Shown: positions 1-9,778, counted from the stretch's first letter. The stretch: DNA of 64,000 bases from Candidatus Eiseniibacteriota bacterium (GCA_963725865.1 CAVSAC010000014.1:1183816-1247815), one strand, 5' to 3'. Notes: generated by a model from the letters alone, not told the origin. Made by a program: numbers and translations.

Positions 1-1515
1 GAGTCTCGGGGAATGGGCGCGCCGCCACGCACCGGCGCCGGCGCGCGGCAACGCGGTGCAGGATCTGCTGGCCGGCCGGGACGACGCGACGATCGCGCGC
101 GAGCGCGGCCTGCCGCTCGCGACGGTGGCGGGGATCCGTACGTTCTACGACCAGCTCGAGGACGTGCCGCGCGTCTGCGACGGCACCTCGTGCCGCTTCG
201 CCGGCGGCGAGGCGATCCGCGAGCGGCTGGCCGGGCGCGTGGCGGCGGGCGAGGTGCGCTGCCTCGGCCACTGCTACGACGCGCCGGCCGTGCGGGTCGG
301 CGACACCGTGTTCTCGCGCTCCAGCCACGCGGCGTTCGAGCGGTGGCTCGCCGACCCGCGCGGACCGGTGCCCGCGGCGACCGGCGCGATCCCGATCCCG
401 CGCATGAGCCTGGCGGACCCGCCGGTGCTGCTGCGCGACCTGCTCGGACCCCCGCGGCCCGCGACCGCGGGCGAGTACCAGTTGCCGCCGCCGGAGGCGG
501 TCCTGGACGCGGTCGAGGCGTACGGCCTGCGCGGCCGCGGCGGCGCGGCGTTCCCGACCGCCGAGAAGTGGAAGGCCGCGCGCGACACCGCGGCTCCCGA
601 CCGCGTGGTGGTCGCCAACGGCGACGAGGGCGACCCGGGCTCGTTCGTGGACCGGCTGCTGCTCGAGGAGGCGCCGCACGCGATCCTCTCGGGGATGGTG
701 GCGGCCGCGAGCGTGATCGGGGCCCGGCGCGGCATCGTGTACATCCGCGCCGAGTACCCGCGCGCACATGCGGTGATGCGCGCCGCGATCGCCGACGCGC
801 GCGCCGCCGGGCACCTGGGCGAGCCGTTCGACGTGGAGGTGGTCTCGGGCGCGGGCTCGTACGTGTGCGGCGAGGAGACCGCGCTGCTCAACTCGATCGA
901 GGGCCTGCGCGGCGAGCCGCGCATCCGCCGCCGTTCCCCAGCACGGCGGGCCTGTGGGGACTGCCGACCGTGGTGCAGAACGTCGAGACCCTCGCGATCG
1001 TGTCGTGGCTGGTGCGCGGCGGCCGCGGCGACAGCACCAAGCTGCTGAGCCTCGCCGGCGCGGTGGACTGGCCGGGCGTGGTCGAGGTGCCGCTCGGCAC
1101 CCCGCTGCGCCGGGTGCTGATCGAGGGCGGCGGCGGACCGCCCGCCGGGCGGCGCTGGCGGATGGCGCTCATCGGCGGACCGCTCGGGCGCGTGGTGCCG
1201 GAGCGCTACTTCGACACCCCGCTCTCGTACGACACGCTGCCCGGCATGGGCCACGGCGGCATCGTGGTGCTCGACCAGAGCGTCACTCCCGGCGCGCTCG
1301 CGCGCCACGTGATGCGCTTCGCGCACGCGGAGTCCTGCGGCAACTGCGCGCCGTGCCGCATCGGGACCGCGCGGCTCGCTCAGATGCAGGAGCGCGCGGG
1401 ACTCGAGCGGCTGCTCGACACGCTCGAGGCGGGCAGCCTGTGCGGCTTCGGCGCCGGCGTGCCGCGGCCGCTGCGCGACCTGCTGGAGCATTTCGGCGAC
1501 GAGGTGTTCGCATGA
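1..1515 (+). CDS. NuoE-NuoF fusion (NAD(P)H-binding diaphorase subunit of a formate-dehydrogenase-like complex); frameshift near 927; may start just upstream of the window
   Basis: The frame of ORF 56..1048 is open from base 2. It has [2Fe-2S] ligands (VCDGTSC..CLGHC), GLRGRGGAAFP, NGDEGDPGSF and YVCGEETAL. It continues in the 13..1515 frame with PTVVQNVETL and ESCGNCAPCRIG..SLCGFG. The stop overlaps the next ATG (ATGA). Confidence 0.85.
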   Translation, partial: ESRGMGAPPRTGAGARQRGAGSAGRPGRRDDRARARPAARDGGGDPYVLRPARGRAARLRRHLVPLRRRRGDPRAAGRARGGGRGALPRPLLRRAGRAGRRHRVLALQPRGVRAVARRPARTGARGDRRDPDPAHEPGGPAGAAARPARTPAARDRGRVPVAAAGGGPGRGRGVRPARPRRRGVPDRREVEGRARHRGSRPRGGRQRRRGRPGLVRGPAAARGGAARDPLGDGGGRERDRGPARHRVHPRRVPARTCGDARRDRRRARRRAPGRAVRRGGGLGRGLVRVRRGDRAAQLDRGPARRAAHPPPFPSTAGLWGLPTVVQNVETLAIVSWLVRGGRGDSTKLLSLAGAVDWPGVVEVPLGTPLRRVLIEGGGGPPAGRRWRMALIGGPLGRVVPERYFDTPLSYDTLPGMGHGGIVVLDQSVTPGALARHVMRFAHAESCGNCAPCRIGTARLAQMQERAGLERLLDTLEAGSLCGFGAGVPRPLRDLLEHFGDEVFA

Positions 1516-4109
1516 TGCGCATCGACGGTCGCGAGGTCCCCGCGCGCGGCACGCTGCTCGACGCCTGCCGCGCGGCCGGCGCGGGCGTGCCGGCGTTCTG
1601 CGCCGACGACCGGCTGTCGGCCGGCGGGCACTGCCGCTCCTGCATGGTGGAGGTGGACGGCGAGGTGGTCGCCGCATGCACCACGCCCGCGCGCGACGGC
1701 GCGGAGGTGCGCACCGATACCCCCTCGCTGCGCGCCTATCGTCGCGACCTCGGCGAGCTGATGGTGTCCGAGAGCGCGCCCGGCGGCGCGGTCGGGCGCA
1801 CGCTCTCGTTGTGGGGCGTGGACGGCGCTCGCTACGGCCGCGCCACCCGGCGCTACGAGCCGGACGCCAGCCATCCGTACCTGCGCGTCGACCTCGACGC
1901 GTGCATCCTGTGCCGCCGCTGCGTGCGCGCGTGCGAGGAGATCCAGGGCCAATTCGTGTACTCCGTGCTCCATCGCGGCGCCTCCTCACGCATCGCGTGG
2001 GGAACCGGCCGCTTCGCGGACTCCGACTGCGTCGCGTGCGGCGCGTGCGTCGCCAGCTGCCCGACCGGCGCGATCACCGACGTGGACCGCCTGCAGGGCG
2101 GGGCGCCGGACGAGACGGTCACCCGCACCACCTGCACCTTCTGCGGCGTCGGCTGTCAGATGGACGTGCACGCCACCGCGGAGCGCATCCTGCGCATCGA
2201 CGGCGCGCCGTCGCCGGTCAACCGCGGGCACCTGTGCGTCAAGGGCCGCTACGCGCACGGCTTCACGCGCCATCCCGAGCGGCTCACCCAGCCGCTGATC
2301 CGCCGCGACGGGCGGCTGGAGCCGGCGAGCTGGGACCAGGCGCTCGCGCTGATCGCGCGCGAGTTCAAGCGCCACGCCGGCCACGTGGCGGCGCTGTCGT
2401 CGTCGCGCTGCACCAACGAGGAGAACTACCTGGTCCAGAAGTGGTTCCGCGCCGGGCTCGGCACCCACGACGTGGACAGCTGCGCGCGCGTCTGTCACGC
2501 GCCCTCGGCCGCGGGGATGCGCGAGGCGTTCGGCACCGGCGCCGCGACCAACAGCCTCGACGACCTCGAGCGCGCGGACCTCATCCTGGTGATCGGCGCC
2601 AACGTCACCGAGGCGCATCCGGTCACCGGCGCGCGCATCAAGCAGGCGGCGCTGCGCGGCACCACGTTGATCGTGATCGACCCGCGGGTGACCGAGCTGG
2701 CGGCGATGGCCGACCTGCACCTGCAGGTCCGCCCGGGCGCAAACGTGCCGCTGTTCAACGCCCTCGCGGCGACGATCGTCGAGGAAGGCCTGCTGAGGCG
2801 CGAGTTCGTCGACACCCGCGTCGAGGGCTGGGCGGAGTTCGCGAGCCACATCCGCGGCGAGACGCCCGAGCGCTGGCAGTCGGTCACCGGCGTGCCGGCC
2901 GCGGCGGTGCGCGACGCGGCCCGCCGCTACGCGAGCGCCGGGCGTCCGCTGATGGTGCACGGCCACGGCGTCACCGGGCACCATCAGGGCAGCGAGGCGG
3001 TGATGGCGCTGTGCAACCTGGCGCTGCTGGTGGGCGCGGTGGGCCGGCCCGGCACCGGCGTGAACCCGCTGAGCGGTCAGAACAACGCGCAGGGCTCCGT
3101 CGACATGGGCTGCGTGCCCGACCGCCTCGCCGGTGACGCGCCGGTCGACGCCGACGACGCGCGCGCACGCTGCGAGGCGGTGTGGGGTCGCCCGCTGCCG
3201 CGCACGGTGGGCCGCCGGCGGTTCGAGATCTACGACGCCGCGCGTGCCGGCGACGTGAAGGCGATGTACATCCTCGGCGAGGACGTGGCGCAGACCGATC
3301 CCGACCAGGCTCGCACGCGCGCCGCGCTCCAGTCGCTCGAGTTCCTGGTCGTGCAGGAGCTGTTCCTGTCCGAGACCGCGCGGCTCGCGCACGTCGTGCT
3401 GCCGGGCGCCTCGGCGCTCGAGAAGGACGGCACGTTCACGAACGGCGAGCGCCGCATCCAGCGCGTGCGGCGCGTGCTCGCACCGCCCGGCGAGGCACGC
3501 GCGGACTGGGAGATCCTGCTGGCGCTGATGGCGGCCACCGGGCTCCCGCAGCGCTTCCGCCATCCGTCCGAGGTGATGGACGAGATCGCGAAGGTGGCGC
3601 CGGCGTTCGCGGGCGTCTCGTACGCGCGCCTCGACGGCGACGGCCTGCAGTGGCCGGTCCCCGACGTGACGCACGCGGGGACGCCGATGCTCCACGGTGA
3701 CGCGTTCGCGCGCGGGCGCGGACGCCTGACGCGGATCGCGTACGTGCCCTCGCCCGGACTGGGCGGCGCGCTCACGCTCGTCACCGGCCGCGTGCTCGAA
3801 CACTACAACGCCGGCACCATGACGCGGCGCACCGGCAACGTGGAGCTGGTGAGCGGGGACGCGCTCGAGATCCATCCCGAGGACGCGCGCGCCCGCGGCA
3901 TCGCCGATGGCGACGCCGTCACCGTCGCCAGCGCCCACGGCGAGGCGCACGCCCGCGCGCGGGTCACCGAGCGGGTGGCGCGCGGCGTGGTGTTCCTGTC
4001 GTTCCATTTTCCCGGCACCACGACCAATGCGGTGACCGGTGAGGTACGCGATCGCGTCACCGATTGTCCCGAATACAAGCTGACCGCGGTCGAGGTGCGC
4101 AAGGGCTGA
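1512..4109 (+). CDS. fdhF: Formate dehydrogenase alpha-subunit family molybdo/tungstopterin oxidoreductase
   Basis: N-terminal 2Fe-2S and 4Fe-4S motifs (CILCRRC, CVACGAC), TTCTFCGVGC, GHLCVKG, SSRCTNEENY, DSCARVCH (Cys ligand), EKDGTFTNGERRIQ and C-terminal PEYK. Starts at an ATGA overlap. Confidence 0.85.
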   Translation: MMRIDGREVPARGTLLDACRAAGAGVPAFCADDRLSAGGHCRSCMVEVDGEVVAACTTPARDGAEVRTDTPSLRAYRRDLGELMVSESAPGGAVGRTLSLWGVDGARYGRATRRYEPDASHPYLRVDLDACILCRRCVRACEEIQGQFVYSVLHRGASSRIAWGTGRFADSDCVACGACVASCPTGAITDVDRLQGGAPDETVTRTTCTFCGVGCQMDVHATAERILRIDGAPSPVNRGHLCVKGRYAHGFTRHPERLTQPLIRRDGRLEPASWDQALALIAREFKRHAGHVAALSSSRCTNEENYLVQKWFRAGLGTHDVDSCARVCHAPSAAGMREAFGTGAATNSLDDLERADLILVIGANVTEAHPVTGARIKQAALRGTTLIVIDPRVTELAAMADLHLQVRPGANVPLFNALAATIVEEGLLRREFVDTRVEGWAEFASHIRGETPERWQSVTGVPAAAVRDAARRYASAGRPLMVHGHGVTGHHQGSEAVMALCNLALLVGAVGRPGTGVNPLSGQNNAQGSVDMGCVPDRLAGDAPVDADDARARCEAVWGRPLPRTVGRRRFEIYDAARAGDVKAMYILGEDVAQTDPDQARTRAALQSLEFLVVQELFLSETARLAHVVLPGASALEKDGTFTNGERRIQRVRRVLAPPGEARADWEILLALMAATGLPQRFRHPSEVMDEIAKVAPAFAGVSYARLDGDGLQWPVPDVTHAGTPMLHGDAFARGRGRLTRIAYVPSPGLGGALTLVTGRVLEHYNAGTMTRRTGNVELVSGDALEIHPEDARARGIADGDAVTVASAHGEAHARARVTERVARGVVFLSFHFPGTTTNAVTGEVRDRVTDCPEYKLTAVEVRKG

Positions 4110-4125
4110 AACGGAGGACCACGAC

Positions 4126-4713
4126 ATGAAGCCCCTGATTCTGTGCGGTCTATTCGCTCTCGCGCTGGCCGTGGCCGCGCCGGCGCCGGGGCACGCGGCC
4201 GCGTCCCCGCTGGAATTCGGTTTCCTGCTCGGCATCGCGGAGCCGCTCGGTGACCTCGGCGACGCGGCCAAGCTCGGGTTCGACTTCGGCGTGATGACCG
4301 AGCGCACGCTGACCCCGGCGTTCGCGTGGGGCGGCACCGTGGTGGTGAACCGGCACGGCTTGAAGGACGTGCCGGGCGCGCTCGGCGGCGGCAACCTGGA
4401 CGGCAGCTTCACGATCGTGGGAGTCGGGCCGCACCTGACGTTCTGGCCCGGGAGCGGCGGCGATTCGCGCCCGTTCGCGCGCGTGGGGCTCGGCGTGTAC
4501 CACGTCCGCACCCACATCAGCGCGACGTCGGTGATCCGTGAGCGCGACGACTCCGACACCGAGTTCGGGATCCACGTGGGCGGCGGGCTGTCGCGCCAGC
4601 TGACGCCGGGTCTGCGCGGCGGGATCGAAGGCGCCTATCACTCGGTGTTCACCGACCGCGCCACCACGTACCTCAACCTCGGCGTGTTCGCGCTGTTTGG
4701 CGGCGGGCGCTGA
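4126..4713 (+). CDS. Outer-membrane beta-barrel protein (OmpA/porin-like)
   Basis: Signal peptide, alternating amphipathic beta-strands (PFARVGLG, FGIHVGGG), GGAGG RBS. Confidence 0.75.
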   Translation: MKPLILCGLFALALAVAAPAPGHAAASPLEFGFLLGIAEPLGDLGDAAKLGFDFGVMTERTLTPAFAWGGTVVVNRHGLKDVPGALGGGNLDGSFTIVGVGPHLTFWPGSGGDSRPFARVGLGVYHVRTHISATSVIRERDDSDTEFGIHVGGGLSRQLTPGLRGGIEGAYHSVFTDRATTYLNLGVFALFGGGR

Positions 4714-4808
4714 CCCTTCGCGCGGAGCGCGCCGGCAGGCACCCGCGTCGCGGATCCGCCGGCGCGCGCCGCCACGGCCGCGCGGCGTTCGTGCGCTATA
4801 GTCGCGGC

Positions 4809-6089
4809 ATGCGTTCCCATCGCTCGATCGCGCTGCTCGGCTTGGCGCTCGCGCTGCTGTGCGCCGCGGCGCCCGCTCCGCGGCGCCCGACGCCCGCGGA
4901 GCCGGTACTGCCGGCGGGGCCGCCCACGCTCCACGTCCCGCCGGGCACGCAGGCCGACTCCGTCCTCGAGGCGCCATCCGGACCGCTGCTGATCCCCGGC
5001 GCGCCGGCGCCGCCGGACACCAGCGCGCAGGCGCGCGCCACGCGGGCCCGCGAGTTCGTGCGGGAGGGCCTTGCGTACGAGCGGAGTCGGACGCCGGCGG
5101 CCGCGATCGCGGCCTACCGCAACGCCGTGATGCTCGACCCCACGGTCCCCGACGCCTACTTCCGCATGGCGGCGCTGTTCGCGGCGGTGGGCGAGGACCG
5201 TCAAGCGAAGGCGTGCCTCGCGGAGGAGCTCCAGCACCATCCCCAGAACACCGAGGCCGGCCGGCTGTTCGGGCTGGTGCTCGCGCGCTCGGGTGACTCC
5301 GGACGCGCGGTGAGCCAGCTCGAGCTGCTCACCCGCCGCGACCCGCGCGACGCGGCCAGCTGGGCCGCGCTGGGCTTCGCCTACACCGCGGCCGGCCGGG
5401 CGAAGGAGGCCGAGGACGCGTTGCGGCGCGCGCTGCGGCTCGACCCCCGGCAGAGCATGGCCCACCGCGATCTCGGCGTGCTGCTCGCCTCGCAGGCGCG
5501 GAACGACGAGGCGCGCGCCGAGTACGCGCGCGCGGCCGCGCTCGAGCCGCGGGATGCCTCGGTGCCGTTCAACCTCGGCAACCTCGAGCGCCGGCTCGGC
5601 CACGCGGAGCCCGCGCTCGCGGCGTACCGCAAGGCCGAGGCGCTCGACTCCACGTTCTCGTTCGCGCTGCAGGGGCAGGCGCAGGTGCTGCTGGCGACCG
5701 GCCGCGAGGGCGAGGCGGCCGACGTCTACCGCCGCTGGCTGCGAGTGCGGCCCGACGACCACAACGCCCGGCTCGACGCGATCCGGCTCTACCAGCGGCT
5801 CGGGCGCAACGACATGGCGCTCGAGCTGGCACGCAACGGCGTGCGTGCGGAGCCGCGCGGGAGTGATGCCCACCTGATGTACGGCATGGCGCTGGGCGCC
5901 GCCGGCCAGCGGCGCGAAGCGATGGTCGAGCTCCGCCGCGCGCGCCTGCTGGCGGGCGACGATACCGGGCGCAAGAACGCCGATGCGCTGATGGACGCGC
6001 TCCGCGGCGACGCGCCCGATTCGCTGCGCGCGGCGTTCGCCGAGGACAGCGTGACGCTGGCCCGGCCGCCCGCGCCGAAGGAGTACTGA
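4809..6089 (+). CDS. Secreted tetratricopeptide-repeat protein
   Basis: Signal peptide, Pro-rich linker and multiple TPR motifs (AYRNAVMLDP, LRRALRLDP, YRKAEALDS). TATAGT lies 6 nt before the ATG. Confidence 0.85.
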   Translation: MRSHRSIALLGLALALLCAAAPAPRRPTPAEPVLPAGPPTLHVPPGTQADSVLEAPSGPLLIPGAPAPPDTSAQARATRAREFVREGLAYERSRTPAAAIAAYRNAVMLDPTVPDAYFRMAALFAAVGEDRQAKACLAEELQHHPQNTEAGRLFGLVLARSGDSGRAVSQLELLTRRDPRDAASWAALGFAYTAAGRAKEAEDALRRALRLDPRQSMAHRDLGVLLASQARNDEARAEYARAAALEPRDASVPFNLGNLERRLGHAEPALAAYRKAEALDSTFSFALQGQAQVLLATGREGEAADVYRRWLRVRPDDHNARLDAIRLYQRLGRNDMALELARNGVRAEPRGSDAHLMYGMALGAAGQRREAMVELRRARLLAGDDTGRKNADALMDALRGDAPDSLRAAFAEDSVTLARPPAPKEY

Positions 6090-6368
6090 TGCCGACCTCG
6101 ATCGTCCCGCGCGGCACGCGGCTTCTCGGCCGGCGTCGAGGTGGCGGACCACGTGCCGGGCGCGGTGGATGGCATGCTCGAGGACTTCCACGCCGCGATC
6201 CGCGCGCTGTGGCGCGCCGAGTGCGTGACGGTCGCCGCGGTGCACGGCTTCGCGCTCGGCGGCGGATTCGAGCTGGCGCTGGCCTGCGACCTGATGCGTC
6301 TCGCCGACGCGCACGAGGGCATCCACGCGTTCCTGGAGAAGCGGCCCCCGGAGTGGAAGAACGGTTGA
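6089..6368 (+). pseudogene. Enoyl-CoA hydratase (crotonase) remnant with a large internal deletion
   Basis: GFSAGVEV..AAVHGFALGGGFELALACDL is joined directly to the C-terminal motif (L)MRLADAHEGIHAFLEKRPPEWK. About 100 aa of the middle and the N-terminus are missing. Confidence 0.75.
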
Positions 6369-6513
6369 CGAGACGCCATCCGCGAGCGTGCCGGGTCGCC
6401 CGGCACCGGGGCACCGGAGTCCGCGCGCAACGGCCCGCCCGCTTGGTCCCCCCGCCGCGCTCGGGTAGAGTCCCTCGTCCTTCACGCACCCGGCCGTCGA
6501 CGGAGGCCCACCG

Positions 6514-7521
6514 ATGCCCCCCACCCTGTACCTCGCCGCGCCGCGCGGGTTCTGCGCCGGCGTGGACCGCGCGATCGACATCGTCGAGATGGCGCTCCAG
6601 GTGTACGGGGCGCCGATCTGGGTGCGCCACGAGATCGTCCACAATCGCCACGTGGTCGACGCGCTCAAGGCCAAGGGCGCGATCTTCACCGACGACCTCG
6701 CCGACGTGCCTGCCGGCGCGGTGGTGATCTTCTCCGCCCACGGCGTCTCGCCGGCGGTGCGCGGCGAAGCCACGACGCGCGGGCTCAAGGCGCTGGATGC
6801 CACCTGCCCGCTGGTGACCAAGGTCCACCTCGAGGCGCTGCGCTACGCCAAACAGGGCTACAGCATCGTGCTGGTCGGCCATCGCCACCACGTCGAGGTG
6901 CAGGGCACGCTGGGCGAGGCGCCGGAGTCGATCGTGGTGGTGGAGTCGGTGGCGGAGGCCGAGGCGCTCGTGCTGCCCGATCCGACGAAGGTCGCCTACA
7001 TCAGCCAGACCACGCTCTCGGTCGACGATGTGAAGGCGATCGTGGAGACGCTCAAGCGGCGCTTCCCGCTCATCCACGAGCCGGCCAAGGCCGACATCTG
7101 CTACGCGACGCAGAACCGCCAGGACGCGGTGAAGGAGCTGGCGGCGCGCTGCTCGGTGATCCTGGTGGTGGGCGCGCCCGCGAGCAGCAACGCGAACCGG
7201 CTGGTCGAAGTGGCGCGGCTGCGGGGCGCCAGCGCGTACCTGATCGAGTCGGCCGCCGACGTGCGGTCCGAGTGGATCGCCGGGGACGTGGGCATCACCG
7301 CCGGCGCATCGACCCCCGAGCACATCGTGCAGGAGTGCGTCGAGCGCGTGCAGGCGCTGGGCGACTACTCAGTCGAGCGGTTCACGCTCGTCGAGGAGCG
7401 CGTGATGTTCCCGCTGCCGGGCGAGCTGCTGGCGGCCGCCACCGCGCAGGGCGTCGACGTCGGCGCCGTGAACGCTCGCGCCGCCGCCCGTGCGACGGGG
7501 CGCGAGGACGCCGCGCGCTAG
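6514..7521 (+). CDS. ispH: 4-hydroxy-3-methylbut-2-enyl diphosphate reductase
   Basis: PRGFCAGVDRA, HEIVHN, FSAHGV, DATCPLVTKVH, QTTLS, ICYATQNRQ, SSN, TAGASTPE. Confidence 0.97.
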   Translation: MPPTLYLAAPRGFCAGVDRAIDIVEMALQVYGAPIWVRHEIVHNRHVVDALKAKGAIFTDDLADVPAGAVVIFSAHGVSPAVRGEATTRGLKALDATCPLVTKVHLEALRYAKQGYSIVLVGHRHHVEVQGTLGEAPESIVVVESVAEAEALVLPDPTKVAYISQTTLSVDDVKAIVETLKRRFPLIHEPAKADICYATQNRQDAVKELAARCSVILVVGAPASSNANRLVEVARLRGASAYLIESAADVRSEWIAGDVGITAGASTPEHIVQECVERVQALGDYSVERFTLVEERVMFPLPGELLAAATAQGVDVGAVNARAAARATGREDAAR

Positions 7522-7528
7522 CGCGCCC

Positions 7529-8377
7529 ATGCTCGCGCCCCGCGTCTTCCTGGTGCCGCACCTGCCGACGCTGGTGCTCGACGAGCAGCGCCGCCCCGAG
7601 ACCGAGATGATCGCCGCGCTGCGCGCCGCGCGCGAGGCGTTCCAGTCCGACGGCTTCGAGCTGATCGTGGCGCTGTCGGCCCGCTGGATGTCGAACGGGC
7701 CGTTCCTGGTCGACGAATCCGCACGGCTCTCCACGATCACCGACTACGTGGGGCTCGGAGTGGAGGTGCGCTACAACACGCAGGGTCATCCGACGCTCGC
7801 CCGCGCGCTGGTCGCGGCGGGCGAACAGGCCGGCGTGCGAGTCGGGCCGGCCCGGCGCGGAGTCGACAGCGGGGTCAGCGTGCCGCTCCACTTCCTGGCG
7901 CCCGAGCGGCGCGTGCGCGTGGTGCCGCTCTCGCTCGCCCCGCTCGACGCGGCCGCGCACCGCGTATGGGGGCACGCGCTGCGCGAGACCCTCGAGGCGC
8001 GCGAGGAGCGCATCGCGTTCGTGGTCGGCGGGGTGCTGTCGGCGAACCTGCATGCGTGGAACCTCAAGCGCGAGCTGGCCGGCTCACGCGAGTTCGACGC
8101 GTGGGCGCTGGAGGCGCTGAAGCAGGGCGCGTGGGACTCGCTCGCTCGCCCCCCGCGGAAGTGGCTCAAGGACGCCCGGCCCGAGGCGCGCCTGCGCCAC
8201 CTCGAGCTGCTGCGCGGCTTCCTGGGCGAGGACGCGCGCGGCGAAGTGCGCTGCTACGAGGCGGCGCCCGGCATGGGCTGCGCGCTGGTCGAGTTCGAGC
8301 TGGCACCCGCCCGGGTGGTGCCGCGCACGGTGGACGACGCCGGCGACCCGGCGCCGTTCCAGGACACCGACGCCTGA
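7529..8377 (+). CDS. LigB/DODA-family extradiol dioxygenase-like protein (metal ligands degenerate)
   Basis: Fold motifs VPHLP, GHPTLARAL, VDSGVSVPL, VVPLS, GGVLSANL, FDAWAL. Confidence 0.7.
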   Translation: MLAPRVFLVPHLPTLVLDEQRRPETEMIAALRAAREAFQSDGFELIVALSARWMSNGPFLVDESARLSTITDYVGLGVEVRYNTQGHPTLARALVAAGEQAGVRVGPARRGVDSGVSVPLHFLAPERRVRVVPLSLAPLDAAAHRVWGHALRETLEAREERIAFVVGGVLSANLHAWNLKRELAGSREFDAWALEALKQGAWDSLARPPRKWLKDARPEARLRHLELLRGFLGEDARGEVRCYEAAPGMGCALVEFELAPARVVPRTVDDAGDPAPFQDTDA

Positions 8378-8382
8378 CCTCG

Positions 8383-8466
8383 CGCGGCGCGGCCGGGGAT
8401 CCCGCCGCACCACGCGGCGGGTGACGCGGCGCGGCTAGGGATCCAGCCGCACCACGCGACGGGTGA
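8383..8466. repeat. 42-bp tandem duplication of the 3' end of the gene at 8435..9778
   Basis: 8383-8424 vs 8425-8466 match at 38 of 42 positions. The second unit contains the real stop codon. Confidence 0.85.
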
Positions 8467-9778
8467 CTGGGCGCGTGCCGTCGTCCATCCGCACGAAGTA
8501 GACCCCGTGCGGCACCGCGCGCCCGGCGTCGTCGCGCCCGTCCCAGGTGAGGGCTCCGCGGACGCCGTCCCAGGCGCGCACCCGGCGGCCCGCCACATCG
8601 GCGATCGCCACCCGCGCCGGCGCGGCGCCAGCGGGCAGCGCGAGCCGCAGCTCGCGGCGGAACGGGTTCGGCGCCAGCGCGAACGCCTCGATCCGCGGCG
8701 CCCCCCCGACATCGCTGGTCGCCGACGGCAGCAGGATGCGGATGTCGCTCAGCGTCGCGATGTAGACGTAGCCATCGGGGCCGACGGTGACGTCGAGCAC
8801 CGCGCCGCCGGGCTTCACGGCGAGCGTCTCGAGCGTGTCGATCACGTCGGGCTCGCCAGCACGGAACACCGCGCGCCGCAGATCGCCGTCGTTGAACGCG
8901 GTGAACAGCAGGTCGCCGTCGAGCTGCGGGTAGCGCGTGCCGCGGTAGACCGCGCAGCCGGTCGGCGCGATGGTGGGCGTGAATGACCACAGCGGCGCGA
9001 GCGTGCCGGGCGGCACCAGGCCGCACGAGTTCGACTGGTCCCAGCCGTAGTCGGCGCCGATCGTCAGGCGGTTCAGCTCGTCGTTGCAGTCCGGCCCGTT
9101 CTCGGTGAAGTACCCCTCGCCGGTGAGCGGATCGAAGCAGATGCCGAATGGATTGCGCACGCCCATCGCGCCGGCCGGATTGTGCGCGCCGAACGGATTC
9201 GCGGGTGCCGCTCGCCCGGTGGTGGTCATGCGCAGGATCTTGCCGCGGATGTCCGCCGGGTCGCGCGGTGCGAGGCCGGTGGTCTGATCGCCGATGCTGG
9301 CGTACAGCATGCCGTCGGGACCGAACGCGAGGCGGCCGCCCTGGTGGAAGTCGCTCAACGACGGCAGGCTGTCGCGGATGATCGCGAGCTGGGTGCCGAC
9401 GCCGGAGCTGTCGGTCATGCGCACGATGCGGTTGAACAGGGTCACCGCGTCGGAATAGAACAGGTAGACGTAGGGCGAGTCCGCGAACGCCGGGTGCAGC
9501 GCCATGCCGAGCAGACCGCGCTCGCCGCCGGTGCGGACTGGCAGCGTGGTCCACGGCGAGGCGCTCGGCGAGGTGGGGGTCTCGAACACCATGACGCGCC
9601 CGGTCAGGCGCTCGAGGTAGAACAAGCGCCCGTCGGGCGCGAACCGCAGCTGGGTCGGGAACGCCACGGTGGGCTGGACGATCTGGAACACCATGGTCGG
9701 GATGGTGGCCCGGACCGCGGTGGGAGCGAGCACGGCGAGCAGCGACAGCGCGGCGGCGAGGCGTTTCGAGGGGGTCAT
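8435..9778 (-). CDS. PQQ-dependent glucose/sorbosone dehydrogenase-family protein with C-terminal FlgD/T9SS-like domain
   Basis: Signal peptide; GERGLLGMALHPAF, HQGGRLAFGPDG, GKILR, GVRNPFG, ENGP..DELN; C-terminal PNPF..DVAGRRVR..WDGRD..GVYF. Confidence 0.9.
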   Translation of the reverse strand: MTPSKRLAAALSLLAVLAPTAVRATIPTMVFQIVQPTVAFPTQLRFAPDGRLFYLERLTGRVMVFETPTSPSASPWTTLPVRTGGERGLLGMALHPAFADSPYVYLFYSDAVTLFNRIVRMTDSSGVGTQLAIIRDSLPSLSDFHQGGRLAFGPDGMLYASIGDQTTGLAPRDPADIRGKILRMTTTGRAAPANPFGAHNPAGAMGVRNPFGICFDPLTGEGYFTENGPDCNDELNRLTIGADYGWDQSNSCGLVPPGTLAPLWSFTPTIAPTGCAVYRGTRYPQLDGDLLFTAFNDGDLRRAVFRAGEPDVIDTLETLAVKPGGAVLDVTVGPDGYVYIATLSDIRILLPSATSDVGGAPRIEAFALAPNPFRRELRLALPAGAAPARVAIADVAGRRVRAWDGVRGALTWDGRDDAGRAVPHGVYFVRMDDGTRPVTRRVVRLDP

